A stretch of DNA of 64,000 nt from an uncultured Actinomycetota bacterium. Lineage in GTDB: Bacteria; Actinomycetota; CALGFH01. The translations under genes were made by a program, and so were the position numbers. The notes under the pieces are model-generated. The model searched no databases. It saw nothing but the letters and a program-made list of their open reading frames with translations, and was not told the origin of the DNA. This document shows positions 33,220-45,300 of this stretch, piece after piece (within the stretch, counting starts at the first letter, position 1; each line of letters opens with the position of its first letter). Location of the stretch: NCBI GenBank assembly GCA_963733175.1, contig CAVTCL010000030.1:20452-84451 (forward strand). The letters run 5' to 3'.

Positions 33220-33876
33220 TCAGCCGAGGCCGGCGGCCCGGCGGCCGGCCTCGGCGGGGGAGAGGACCTCGTCCCCGACGACCACCGCGGCCACCGCGCC
33301 CAGGGGCACGACCTCGAACCCGGTCCCGCCCAGCCGCTCGAACACCTCCCCCGGGACCAGCTTGACCGCCGTCGCCACCACCAGGGTCGGCAGCCGGTCG
33401 GCCAGCTCCCGGGTCCCCACGGCGTTGAGCAGCGCCCCCGGCCCGATCGCGTCCGCCCCGACCACGGCGACGGAGGGTGCTCCGGACACCTGGTGGGTCA
33501 ATGCGGGGTGGGTCAGGACCCGGGTGACCAGGGAGCTGTGGGAGACCGTGGCCACGGTGCCCGGGGTGGTGGCCAGGTGGTCGAGCAGCCAGGTGGTGGC
33601 GGTGGCCACCGCGGCGTCGGCGTCGGTGGCGAGGTGGTGGCGCAGGGCGGCCAGGGCCGACGGCGGGTCGGGGGCGGCGGCGGCGTTGGCCAGGTGCCAG
33701 ATGGGGGCCATGGCGGGCTGGCCGGCGAGCAGCACGGCCACCGCCTCCTCGAGCAGGGGCGGGTCGGCGGCCACCTCGAGCAGGCCGTCGACGGCGGTGG
33801 CGGCCACCTCCAGGGCCCCGCCGCGGCGGTCGCCGGCGGCGGCCAGGACCGCCGCCGGCAGGGGTCGGGCGTCCAT
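33220..33876 (-). CDS. eIF-2B alpha/beta/delta-like family protein (short form)
   Basis: C-terminal half resembles the IF-2B/MtnA fold (VATVSHSSLV..VVGADAIGPGALLNAVGTRELA..LVVATAVKLVP); the assignment is tentative. Confidence 0.45.
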   Translation of the reverse strand: MDARPLPAAVLAAAGDRRGGALEVAATAVDGLLEVAADPPLLEEAVAVLLAGQPAMAPIWHLANAAAAPDPPSALAALRHHLATDADAAVATATTWLLDHLATTPGTVATVSHSSLVTRVLTHPALTHQVSGAPSVAVVGADAIGPGALLNAVGTRELADRLPTLVVATAVKLVPGEVFERLGGTGFEVVPLGAVAAVVVGDEVLSPAEAGRRAAGLG

Positions 33877-33944
33877 GGTCGCGATAGGCTACCGTCGCCA
33901 CCTGTCCGGCGCGCCCCCCAGCGCCCCCAACCGCGGAGCCCGTA

Positions 33945-34781
33945 GTGAGCCGACGCCTCCTGGTCGTCCTCATCACCCTGGGCGTGCTCGCCACCGGCGG
34001 CGGCGTGGCCGCCGGCCTCCTGCTGGCCCGCGACCCCGGCGGCGAGTCGGCCGTGGCCGGACCCACCACCATCCCCGAGACCACCGCCCCCGTGACCTCC
34101 GAGCCCGCCTCGTCCACCTCCTCCTCGACCAGCTCGTCGTCGACCACGAGCACCACCGGCGGCGTGAGCGTCCAGGCCCGGGTCGTCGAGCGGCTGGAGG
34201 ACGGGGTGATGGTCCGCTACGACGCCTCCGAGCCGATCTCGGCCGTGCTCCTGTGGGGCTTCGGCGGGCCCAGCGGGCACCAGCTCCAGTTCCCCGGCCC
34301 GGCCTCCCAGGGCACCCTCAAGCTCACCATGGCCCGGACGACCAGGGCGGTCTCGATGCGGGTGACCGGTCAGTCGGCCGACGGGCGGACCGGCACCAGC
34401 GGCACCCTGTCCGCCCGCCGGCTGGTGCGGCAGGTGGTGCTCGAGGTCCAGGCCCTCACCCTCGACATCCCCAACGGGACCGGCGGGATCGCCACCGGGT
34501 TCCGCGGCACGACCTTCACCCCCCTCGGCCCGGGCCTCGACGGGCCCACGGCCACCGCCGAGCCGTACGCGTTCCCTTCCAGCGTGCTCGGGGCGGGGGA
34601 GCGCTCGGGACCGCTGGCCCTGCGCTTCTTCCACGAGGTCCAGCCCAACCCGCCGCGGACCCGGGTGGTCAACCTGGCGATCCCGTTCCCCCGGTCGGGC
34701 CGGTCGACCCTGAACCGCAACGTCTCCGCCGTCGGGGTCACCGCCCACCTCCGCCTCCGGGTCACGGTGACGGTGTCGTGA
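33945..34781 (+). CDS. Membrane-anchored hypothetical protein with Ser/Thr-rich linker
   Basis: N-terminal TM LLVVLITLGVLATGGGVAAGLLL, then TSEPASSTSSSTSSSSTTSTT, then a ~190-aa domain of unknown family. Confidence 0.6.
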   Translation: MSRRLLVVLITLGVLATGGGVAAGLLLARDPGGESAVAGPTTIPETTAPVTSEPASSTSSSTSSSSTTSTTGGVSVQARVVERLEDGVMVRYDASEPISAVLLWGFGGPSGHQLQFPGPASQGTLKLTMARTTRAVSMRVTGQSADGRTGTSGTLSARRLVRQVVLEVQALTLDIPNGTGGIATGFRGTTFTPLGPGLDGPTATAEPYAFPSSVLGAGERSGPLALRFFHEVQPNPPRTRVVNLAIPFPRSGRSTLNRNVSAVGVTAHLRLRVTVTVS

Positions 34782-35605
34782 CCACGGGAGGGCCCGAGGC
34801 GGGGGAGCGGCGCTACGCGCTGGAGCTGGACGAGCGCGAGGTCGAGCGCTACCGGTTGATGGCCGAGCAGGCGCGGGCGGACGAGGCCGACCTGTGGGAG
34901 CTGGCCGGGATCGGGCCGGGGGCGCGGGTCGCCGACGTCGGCTGCGGGCCGGGGGCGATGCTGCCGGCGCTGTCGGCGGCGGTCGGGCCCGGCGGACGGG
35001 TCCACGCGGTCGACGGCGACCCGGCGGCCGTGGCCGCGGCCGGCGCCCTGGTCGCCGCGGCCGGCCTGGCCAACGTCTCGGTCGCCGAAGGCCGGGCCGA
35101 CCGGACCGGCCTGGAGGCCGGGTCGCTGGACGCCGTGATGCTGCGCCACGTGCTCGCCCACAACGGCGGCGCCGAGGACGCGATCGTCGGCCACCTGGCC
35201 ACCCTGGTCCGCCCGGGCGGCTGCCTGTACCTGGTCGACACCGACGGGACGGCCGTCCGGACCCTGCCCGAGCACGCCGACCTGACCGACCTCAACGAGC
35301 GCTACGCCGCCTTCCGGGCGGCCAGGGGGGACGACAACCGGGCCGGCCTGCGGCTGGCCGACCGCCTGGTCCGGGCCGGCCTGGAGCTGCTCGACTTCCG
35401 CGGCCGCTACTTCATCGGGCAGCCGCCGGCGGCCGTCCGCCCCCCGCCCTGGGCGGCCAGGGAGGCGATGCGCGCCGCCGGGGTGGCCAACGACGCCGAC
35501 ATCCGGCGCTGGGACCGGGCGTTCCAGGAGGTGGCGGCGGCGCCCGTCCCCCCGACCCTGTTCGCCCCCTTCTTCATGGCCGTCGGCCGCCGCCCGGCGC
35601 CGTAG
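34778..35605 (+). CDS. Class I SAM-dependent methyltransferase
   Basis: GTGA overlap with the upstream stop; motif I VADVGCGPGAM. Confidence 0.8.
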   Translation: MTTGGPEAGERRYALELDEREVERYRLMAEQARADEADLWELAGIGPGARVADVGCGPGAMLPALSAAVGPGGRVHAVDGDPAAVAAAGALVAAAGLANVSVAEGRADRTGLEAGSLDAVMLRHVLAHNGGAEDAIVGHLATLVRPGGCLYLVDTDGTAVRTLPEHADLTDLNERYAAFRAARGDDNRAGLRLADRLVRAGLELLDFRGRYFIGQPPAAVRPPPWAAREAMRAAGVANDADIRRWDRAFQEVAAAPVPPTLFAPFFMAVGRRPAP

Positions 35606-35630
35606 CCAGGGGCTCGGGAGCGCCCGCGCC

Positions 35631-35636
35631 TACAAT
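35631..35636 (+). promoter_or_regulatory. Candidate -10 hexamer TACAAT upstream of the mutase gene
   Basis: Consensus-like -10 sited 34 nt before the GTG at 35670; no convincing -35. Confidence 0.3.
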
Positions 35637-35669
35637 CGAGGGAACAGCCCGGCCACCCAGGAGACCACC

Positions 35670-37368
<1,699 letters not shown>

Positions 37369-37372
37369 CGGC

Positions 37373-37704
37373 CTAGGTGCGCACCACGCTGTTGACGCCG
37401 CCGATGCCGTTGTCCACGTACTCGCTGGCGGCATCGTCGTCGAGCCACTGGCCGTCGCTCGTCCAGGTAGCGGAAGGCGAACCGCTGCGGACACGGGGAG
37501 GGTGACGGTGACGCTCTTGGTGCCGTTGCTGCGCGGGCGGAGCGGGTGGGCGAACGGGTCCCAGCCGTTGAAGTCCCCGACCACCGACACCTTGCCGGCG
37601 GCCGAGTCCTTGGGGAGGACGAAGTTGACCTTGACCTTGTCGCTGCCCTTCACCGGGGTCTGCTTGATCACGTGCCGAGCTCCTTGCTCGTCGTTTCCTG
37701 ACAT
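37373..37704 (-). CDS. Stand-alone glycogen-binding (CBM48/AMPK1_CBM-like) domain protein, 2 frame breaks
   Basis: KVSVVGDFNGWDPFAHPL..TKSVTVTLP / RFAFRYLDE / GQWLDDDAASEYVDNGIGGVNSVV in three frames (switches near 37495 and 37455); alternative GTG start at 37671 after AAGGAG. Confidence 0.65.
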
Positions 37705-37803
37705 AGCTCGACCGAGCCGCAGCGATGCGCCCTTTCGGACACTCGGGCAGACCCGGTCGTTGCCCACAGTAGACCATGTCGTGCCGACACGGGGAGGGCT
37801 TGC

Positions 37804-38637
37804 GTGGCGATCTTGGTGACCGGCGCGGCCGGCCTGGTCGGGCGGGCCGCGGTGGCCGCGCTCCTGCGCCAGGACGTCGAGCACGTCCGGGCCGTGGTCC
37901 GCCACCCCGACCAGGTGGCCGGGCTGCGGCGCCTCGGGGCCAAGGTCGCCCTGCTCGACGCCACCGATCCCGACGGCCTGGCCGCGGCCATGGACGGGGT
38001 GTTCACCGCCTGCTCGCTCACCGGGAGCCTGTGGTCGCCCCCGGGCGAGGACCCGTACGCGGCCGTGGTCGGGCCGGCCGAGGTGTTCCTGGCCGCCGCC
38101 GGCGCCGCCGGGGTCCGCCGGGTGGTGGTCTGCTCCCCGGCCGCCGTCGGGACGGCCGCCGCCGCCAACCCCCACCTGGCCGCCAAGGCCGAGGTCGAGC
38201 GGATGGTCGCCGCCTCCGGCCTGGAGCACGCGATCCTGCGCTGCACCCACGTGCTCGGCCCCGGCAGCCGCCTCCTCGACCTGCTCGCCGGCCGCCCGCC
38301 GGTCAAGGTCCCGGGCGGCGGCCGCCAGCGGGTCGCCCCCGTCTGGGTCGGCGACGTGGCCGCGGCCATCGCCGCCGCCGACGACGCCGTCGAGCTGGCC
38401 GCCACCTGGTCGCTGGCCGGCCCGGACGAGGTCAGCTTCGACGCCCTGGTCGACGCCGTCCACGGCGGACCGGTGGCCAAGCACCACCTCGCGGCCGCGG
38501 CCGGGCTGACCCATGCCCAGGCCGAGGTGCTGGCCGCCGACTCGCTGGCCGACCCGGCGCTGGCCCGGCCGCCCGGCCTGGCCCCGACCCCGCTGGCCGA
38601 GGCCCTGGCCGCCACCGGCGCGCTCGCCCGCCGATAG
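37804..38637 (+). CDS. NAD(P)H-binding NmrA/atypical-SDR family protein
   Basis: GGGGAGGG before the GTG; ILVTGAAGLVG Rossmann motif. Confidence 0.8.
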   Translation: MAILVTGAAGLVGRAAVAALLRQDVEHVRAVVRHPDQVAGLRRLGAKVALLDATDPDGLAAAMDGVFTACSLTGSLWSPPGEDPYAAVVGPAEVFLAAAGAAGVRRVVVCSPAAVGTAAAANPHLAAKAEVERMVAASGLEHAILRCTHVLGPGSRLLDLLAGRPPVKVPGGGRQRVAPVWVGDVAAAIAAADDAVELAATWSLAGPDEVSFDALVDAVHGGPVAKHHLAAAAGLTHAQAEVLAADSLADPALARPPGLAPTPLAEALAATGALARR

Positions 38638-38676
38638 AATCGCGCGCCGCCGCCGAACAGCCGGGAGGGACCGCTG

Positions 38677-39462
38677 GTGGGTGAGTTCGTACGTCTGGAG
38701 GTCGACGAGGCCAGCCGGGTCGGGACCATCCGGCTCGACCGGCCGCCCGTCAACGCCCTCAACGCCCAGATCCAGCAGGAGCTGCTGGAGGCGGCGGGGG
38801 AGGCCACCCGGGACCAGCGGGTCGGGGCGGTCGTGCTCTGGGGCGGGGAGAAGGTGTTCGCCGCCGGGGCCGACATCAAGGAGATGAACGGCCTCGGGTT
38901 CTCCGGCATCTCGACCAGGCCGACCGACCTGGCGGACGCCTGCGACGCCCTGGCCCGGATCCCCAAGGTGGTGATCGCCGCCGTGAACGGCTACGCCCTG
39001 GGGGGCGGCTGCGAGGTGGCCCTGACGGCCGACTTCCGGTTCGCGGCCGAGGACGCCACCTTCGGCCAGCCCGAGATCCTGCTCGGCGTCATCCCGGGGG
39101 CCGGCGGCACCCAGCGGCTGCCCCGCCTGGTCGGGCCGTCAAAGGCCAAGGAGATGATCTACTCGGGCCGCTTCTACGGCGCCGCCGCGTGCCAGGCCAT
39201 GGGCCTGGTCGACGAGGTCCACCCGGCCGCCGAGGTCTACCAGCGGGCGTGTGCGGCCGCCGCCGGCTACGCCAAGGGGCCGGGCCTGGCCCTGCGGGCG
39301 GCCAAGCAGGTCATCGACGGCGGCCTGGAGGCCGGCATCGACGCCGGGCTGCTGCTGGAGCGGCAGGCCTTCTACTCGCTGTTCGCCACCGAGGACGCGG
39401 CCGAGGGCATGGCCTCGTTCGTGGCCAACGGCCCCGGCAAGGCGGCCTTCAGGAACCGCTAG
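38677..39462 (+). CDS. Enoyl-CoA hydratase/isomerase (crotonase)
   Basis: [14 protein letters not shown] and [19 protein letters not shown] oxyanion-hole motifs. Confidence 0.9.
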   Translation: MGEFVRLEVDEASRVGTIRLDRPPVNALNAQIQQELLEAAGEATRDQRVGAVVLWGGEKVFAAGADIKEMNGLGFSGISTRPTDLADACDALARIPKVVIAAVNGYALGGGCEVALTADFRFAAEDATFGQPEILLGVIPGAGGTQRLPRLVGPSKAKEMIYSGRFYGAAACQAMGLVDEVHPAAEVYQRACAAAAGYAKGPGLALRAAKQVIDGGLEAGIDAGLLLERQAFYSLFATEDAAEGMASFVANGPGKAAFRNR

Positions 39463-40519
39463 CCGCCGCCCGGAGGGCGTCGGCCGCCCGGTCGGGGTCG
39501 ACGACGTTGATGATCACGCCGGTGCCCAGCTCGAACCCGCCGTAGGTGGTCAGGCGGGGCAGCAGGTGCAGGTGCCAGTGGAAGTCGTCGACCCCCGGCG
39601 GAGCCGAGTGCAGCACCAGGTTGTAGGGGGCGTGGTCGCCGGCCACCCCGCGGAACCGGCGGAGCAGGTCGCCGAGGGCGGTGGCCATGGCGGTGTCGCC
39701 GGCGGCGCCGCCCTCCTCGAACCGGGGCCGGTGGGCGGCGGGCAGCAGCAGGGTCTCGAACGGGAACGCCGACGCCCACGGGCAGATGGCGAGCAGCTCG
39801 CCGGTCGCGCCGACCAGCCTGGGGCCGTCCCGCTCGGCGGCGACGGTCGCGCAGGCGGCGCAGGCGTCGCCGGCCAGCCGGTCCAGCTCGGCCTGGACCA
39901 GGTCGGGCCGACCGGCGGTGGCGAACACCTGGCTGTGCGGGTGCTCCAGGGAGGCGCCGGCGGTGCGGCCCTGGTTGACGATGACCAGCACCGCCCCCAG
40001 CGGCTGGTCACGGTGGGCGGCCAGGCGCCGCCGCCAGGCCGCCATCGCCCGGGCCACGTCCGGCACGGCCAGGTCGGCCAGGGTGGCCAGGTGGTCGGGG
40101 TTGTGGATGACCACCTCGTGGACCCCGGCCGTCGGCGCCGACCGGTAGAGACCCCGATTCGACCGGGGGGCTACCGCCTCCGGCTCCATGAGCCCCCCGG
40201 ACCCCCCGTTCTGGGTGGCGGCGGTCAGCGGGCCGGCGAACGCCGGGAACTTGTTGGGGACGACCCGGACCCGCCAGCCGGGCCGGTCGGGCTCGGTGCC
40301 CGGGCGGCGGTCGGCCCAGACCTCGGGCGGGGTCATGTGCTCGTTGCCCGGGCAGAAGGGGCAGCCGAGCGGGCCCCGCGGGGTGCCGACGTCGCCGAGG
40401 AACGCCTCCGGCCTGGCCGCCCGGCCCGCCGTGATCGCCACCCAGCCGCCGCCGAGCGGGTCCTGGCGCAGCTCACCGGGCGCGTTGGGCAGCGCCGGCG
40501 GTGGCAGGACGCGGGTCAT
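39449..40519 (-). CDS. galT: Galactose-1-phosphate uridylyltransferase-like HIT-family nucleotidyltransferase
   Basis: Zn motif CPFCPGNE and active-site HPHSQV; start at MTRVLPPP; convergent 14-nt overlap with the crotonase. Confidence 0.8.
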   Translation of the reverse strand: MTRVLPPPALPNAPGELRQDPLGGGWVAITAGRAARPEAFLGDVGTPRGPLGCPFCPGNEHMTPPEVWADRRPGTEPDRPGWRVRVVPNKFPAFAGPLTAATQNGGSGGLMEPEAVAPRSNRGLYRSAPTAGVHEVVIHNPDHLATLADLAVPDVARAMAAWRRRLAAHRDQPLGAVLVIVNQGRTAGASLEHPHSQVFATAGRPDLVQAELDRLAGDACAACATVAAERDGPRLVGATGELLAICPWASAFPFETLLLPAAHRPRFEEGGAAGDTAMATALGDLLRRFRGVAGDHAPYNLVLHSAPPGVDDFHWHLHLLPRLTTYGGFELGTGVIINVVDPDRAADALRAAASGS

Positions 40520-40646
40520 GGCCCCGCAGCCTAGAGCATTCGCGGGCCCGGGGGTGTGGACAGGGCGCGCACGGGGTCGGTCCGTTGCGGCATCATGGTC
40601 GGCGGCCCGGACACGGTCCGGCCACCGGCCACCCCTGGAGGCAGCG

Positions 40647-41432
40647 TTGAAGATCCTGGTCACCGTCAAGCGCGTGCCCGACACGGCCGCCGAGAAGCGG
40701 CTCGACCCGGCGGACAGGACGCTCGACCGCGAGTCGGTCGAGACGATCCTCAACCCGGTCGACGAGTACGCCGTCGAGGAGGCCCTGCGGCTCAAGGAGC
40801 AGCACGGCGGCGAGGTCGTGGTGCTCTGCATGGGCCCGTCCTCGGCCCTGGCCACGGTGCGCAAGGCGCTCTCCATGGGCCCGGACGCGGCCGTCCACGT
40901 CCACGACGACGCCCTCCACGGGTCGTGCGCCTTCAACACCGCCAAGGTCCTGCAGGCGGCCGTGCGCCAGGTCGAGCCGGACATCGTGCTCTGCGGCTCG
41001 GAGTCGACCGACGCCCGCACCTCGCTGGTCCCCAGCGCCCTGGCCGAGTACCTGGGCTGGCCGGGGCTGACCGGGGCCAAGCAGCTCGAGGTGGACGGCT
41101 CGACCGTCCGCGTCCACCGCGAGACCGAGAACGGCTACGACGTGGTCGAGGCCGACGGCCCGGCCGTGGTCAGCGTGGTCAAGGGCATCAACGAGCCCCG
41201 CTACCCGTCGTTCAAGGGCATCATGGCCGCCAAGTCCAAGCCGGTGACCGACTACACCCTGGCCGATCTGGGTATCGACCCGGGAGCGGTCGGCGCCGCC
41301 GGCGCCACCACCGAGGTCGTCGACTTCGCCCCCCGGCCCCCGCGGCAGGCGGGTCAGCAGGTCAAGGACCAGGGGGACGGCAGCGCCGCGGTCGAACTGG
41401 CCGAGTTCCTGGCCGGCCACAAGTTCATCTGA
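40647..41432 (+). CDS. etfB: Electron transfer flavoprotein beta subunit
   Basis: TTG after GGAGG; (M)KILVTVKRVPD.., typical EtfB N-terminus and length. Confidence 0.9.
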   Translation: MKILVTVKRVPDTAAEKRLDPADRTLDRESVETILNPVDEYAVEEALRLKEQHGGEVVVLCMGPSSALATVRKALSMGPDAAVHVHDDALHGSCAFNTAKVLQAAVRQVEPDIVLCGSESTDARTSLVPSALAEYLGWPGLTGAKQLEVDGSTVRVHRETENGYDVVEADGPAVVSVVKGINEPRYPSFKGIMAAKSKPVTDYTLADLGIDPGAVGAAGATTEVVDFAPRPPRQAGQQVKDQGDGSAAVELAEFLAGHKFI

Positions 41433-41450
41433 GACGGGGAGCGTAACGCG

Positions 41451-42389
41451 ATGCCGCGAGTTCTCGTTCTGGTCGAGCATGAGGATGGCGTCACCAAGAA
41501 GGTGACCTACGAGATGCTGACCAAGGCGCGCGACCTCGGCGACCCGGTGGCCGTGTTCGTCGGCCAGGGCCTTGATGGGGCCCGCGAGGGCCTGGCCCGC
41601 CACGGCGCCACCGAGGTCTACGCCGCCGCCGGCGACAACCGGCTGGCCGGGCCGCTCACCGGCGCGCTGGAGGCCGCCGCCGACCGGGCCGAGCCGGCCG
41701 CGGTCCTGGTCGCGGCCACCCCGCTGGCCAAGGACGCCGGGGCCCGGCTGGCCGCCCGCAAGGGCTGGGGGATGCTGGCCGACATCGTCGACCTCGACGG
41801 CGACCTGGTCGCGACCCAGAACGTGTTCGGCGGGGCCATGACCGTGCGGGCCAGGGTCCGGACCGGCACCCCGGTGCTGGCCGTCAAGCCCAACTCGTTC
41901 CCGGTCCAGGAGGCCCCGGCGTCGCCCGGGGTCGCCGACCTGGACGTCGCCGAGACCCAGGACGGCGTCCGCGTGACCGACCACGTCGTCCAGGAGCAGG
42001 GCGGCCGGCCCGACGTGGCCGAGGCCGAGATCGTCGTGTCGGGCGGCCGCGGCCTCCAGGACCCGTCGAACTTCGCCCTGGTCGAGGCGCTGGCCGACGC
42101 CCTCGGGGCGGCGGTCGGGGCCAGCCGGGCCGCGGTCGACGCCGGCTGGTACCCCCACCAGCACCAGGTCGGGCAGACCGGCAAGACGGTCTCGCCCCAG
42201 CTGTACGTCGCCGTCGGCATCTCCGGGGCGATCCAGCACCGGGCCGGCATGCAGACCTCCAAGACGATCGTGGCCGTGAACAAGGACGCCGACGCGCCGA
42301 TCTTCGCCATCTCCGACTTCGGGGTCGTCGGCGACCTGTTCAAGGTCGTGCCGAGGCTCACCGACGAGATCGCCAAGCGAAAGGGCTGA
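41451..42389 (+). CDS. etfA: Electron transfer flavoprotein alpha subunit
   Basis: FAD motif [33 protein letters not shown]. Confidence 0.9.
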   Translation: MPRVLVLVEHEDGVTKKVTYEMLTKARDLGDPVAVFVGQGLDGAREGLARHGATEVYAAAGDNRLAGPLTGALEAAADRAEPAAVLVAATPLAKDAGARLAARKGWGMLADIVDLDGDLVATQNVFGGAMTVRARVRTGTPVLAVKPNSFPVQEAPASPGVADLDVAETQDGVRVTDHVVQEQGGRPDVAEAEIVVSGGRGLQDPSNFALVEALADALGAAVGASRAAVDAGWYPHQHQVGQTGKTVSPQLYVAVGISGAIQHRAGMQTSKTIVAVNKDADAPIFAISDFGVVGDLFKVVPRLTDEIAKRKG

Positions 42390-45300
42390 TGAGCCGCCAC
42401 CAGCCACCCCAGGAGCCCGCCCGCCCCCGGCGGCGGGCCGACGACCGGCCCACGGCCCCCGCGGCCGCGCGGGCCAGCGTCAGCGCCGCCGGCCGGGCGC
42501 TCGGGCTGCTGGTCACCGAGCCGCGTCGCCGCCGCGCCCAGCGGCGGGCCCGGGTCGCGCTGGGCCGCGCGGTCGCCGCCCACCTGTCCGGCAAGCCGGC
42601 CCCGCCGCTGCTGGCCACCCCGCTGGCCGCCCACCGCGCCGCCCAGCTCCGCCTGGCCTCGACCGACCCCCCGCCCCGCCCGACGCCCCGCTCGCCCCGG
42701 CCGCCGGCGGAGGCCGCTTCGCGGGCGACGCGGCACCGGGCCGGGCCGCCTCGCGGGCCAGCCGGTCGGGAGGGTGGGACCGCGACCTGGCGGCCGAGCT
42801 GGAGCGCCTGCTGCTGATCGTGGTCCATTTCCTGCCCCGCCTGGCGGCCAGGATGCGGCTGCGGGCGGCCGACGAGCGGCTGGGAGCGTGGGCCACCGGC
42901 CTGAGCGACCCCCAGGACCCGGCGGTCGCGGTGGCGCGTTCGCAGGCGGCGGAGGCCCAGCGGGCCGCGGCCTCGGCCAGGGTGGCCGCCTCGGCCAACT
43001 GGCGCCAGGCGGTGGACGCCGCCCGGCTGGCCGTGCGGCTGGCCTCCGAGGCCGTGGCCGACCTGATCGGCTGGGCCGCCCACGGCATCCGCAGCGGGTC
43101 GAGCATGTTCGTCGCCTGGCTGATCTCCCTGGCCGTGGCCGGCCGGCACCGCCTGCGCCACGGCTCGGCCACCGCCGGCCGCCACGTCCGCGCCGGGTCG
43201 GCCGCCACCCGCGACGGCCTCCGCGCGGGTTCCGCCGCCACCCGCGACGGCCTGCGGGCCAGCACGACGGCGACCCGCGAGGGCCTGCGGGCCAGCACGA
43301 CGGCGGCCGGGCGCGGGGTCCGCGGCGCCGGCGCCGGCATCGCCGGCGCGGCCGGCGGGCTCGCCTCCCGGATCGACGCCCTGGCCGAGCGTGGCCGCGC
43401 CGGCCGCGCCGGCGGCGGCGGGTCGGAGCGGCCGGCGGACGGGCCGGCCGGGGACCAGGCGGCGACCCAGGAGTTCGACGTGGCCGGGAACGGCCACGCG
43501 GACGGGGCGGGCGGGGGCCGGCTGGTGCTGGACCCGGGCGATCCCGTGGAGGCGTGGTGGCTGCCGTCCAGCATGGTCGACCAGGTCCAGCCGGTCGAGG
43601 AGGCCCCGGCGCCGGTCGCCGGCCGCCGGGCCAGGGCCGCCGGCGGCGGGCGGGCCAGGGCCGGAGCCGGCCGCGACCCCGTGGTCGCCGGCCTGGACCG
43701 GGTCGCCCGGCCGTTCCGGGCCGCCGGGGCGCGGCTCGCCCCGGTGGTGACCGCCCTGGCCGCGCCGCCCGACCGGCGCCGGCGCGGCTGGCTGCCGTTC
43801 GCCCGCCCGGTGGTGGTCGCCCTCGCCCTCACCCTGCTGGTCGCCACCGCGACCGCGGTCCCGGCGGGGATCCTGGTCGCCGACTCGGTCAAGGGGGCCG
43901 GCGCCGGCCTCCCCGAGCTGGAGGAGCTGCGCCAGCTCCGCCAGCCCGAGCGGACCCAGGTCTACGACCGCCAGGGCCGGGTCATCGAGGTCCTCAAGGA
44001 CGAGCAGGACCGCATCGTCGTGCCCCTGTCCAAGATCTCCCCGACCCTCCAGCAGGCGGTGGTCGCCGCCGAGGACGCCCGCTTCTACGAGCACAAGGGC
44101 GTCGACGACCGCGGGATCGTGCGTGCCGCGGTCACCAACCTGCTCAGCGGCGAGGTCAGCCAGGGCGGCAGCACCATCACCCAGCAGCTCGTCCGCAACA
44201 GCTACGCCGACCTGAAGGACATCTCGATCGTCCGCAAGGTCAAGGAGGCCGCCCTCGCCGCCCAGCTCGAGGGGAAGCTCTCCAAGGACGAGATCCTGCA
44301 CCGCTACCTGAACCGGGTCTACTTCGGGGCCGGGTACTACGGTGTCGAGGCGGCCAGCAGGGGCTACTTCCGCCGCGGCGCCTCCGAGGTCTCCCTGGCC
44401 CAGGCGGCCATGCTGGCCGGGGTCATCAGGGAGCCGGTCAGCTCCGACCCGCGCCAGCACCCGGAGCGGGCCAAGCTGCTGCGCGACTCGGTGCTGGAGC
44501 GGATGACCCAGCTCGGGATGATCGAGCCCGCCCAGGCCGCCAAGGCGAAGAAGCAGCCGCTCAAGATCCAGAAGCCGCGCAGCGTCGGCGGCCGCTACCC
44601 GTGGTTCATCGACGGCCTCAAGCGCCAGCTCCAGGAGGACGAGCGCCTCGGCCGGACCCGGGAGGGCCGGACCCGGCGGCTGTTCGAGGGCGGCCTGCGC
44701 ATCCACACCACCCTGGACCGGGACATGCAGCGCGCGGCCGAGGAGGCGGTGGCCCAGTGGCGGCCCCCGACCGGCCCCGACATCGCCCTGGTCGCCATCG
44801 ACCCGCGCGACGGCGGCGTCCGGGCGGTGGTGGGCGGCCGCAACTTCAAGACGGGGGCCTACAACGCCGCCCTCCAGGGCGTCGGCCGCCAGCCCGGGTC
44901 GTCGTACAAGACCTTCGTGCTGGCCGCCGCGCTGGAGGCCGGGATCTCGCCCGACTCGGTCTGGGAGTCGAGCGGCTTCCAGGACCAGCTCGTCTGCGGC
45001 TCGCCCTGGTCGGTCGACAACTACGAGGGCGGTGGGTCCGGGCCGGTGTCGGTCAGGGACGCCACCCGGCGCTCGGTCAACGGCGTCTACGCCCGGCTGA
45101 TGGAGCAGCTCTGCCCCGAGAAGGTGGCCGAGATGGCCGAGAAGCTCGGCGTCTCCCCGATCGCCCCCGACAAGCGGGTGCCGTCGATGGCCCTCGGCTC
45201 GGCCGAGACCCGCCCGATCGACATGGCCAGCGCCTATGCCACCCTGGCCAACCTGGGCGAGTACAACCGGCCGACCTTCTTCGAGAAGGTCGACCACCGC

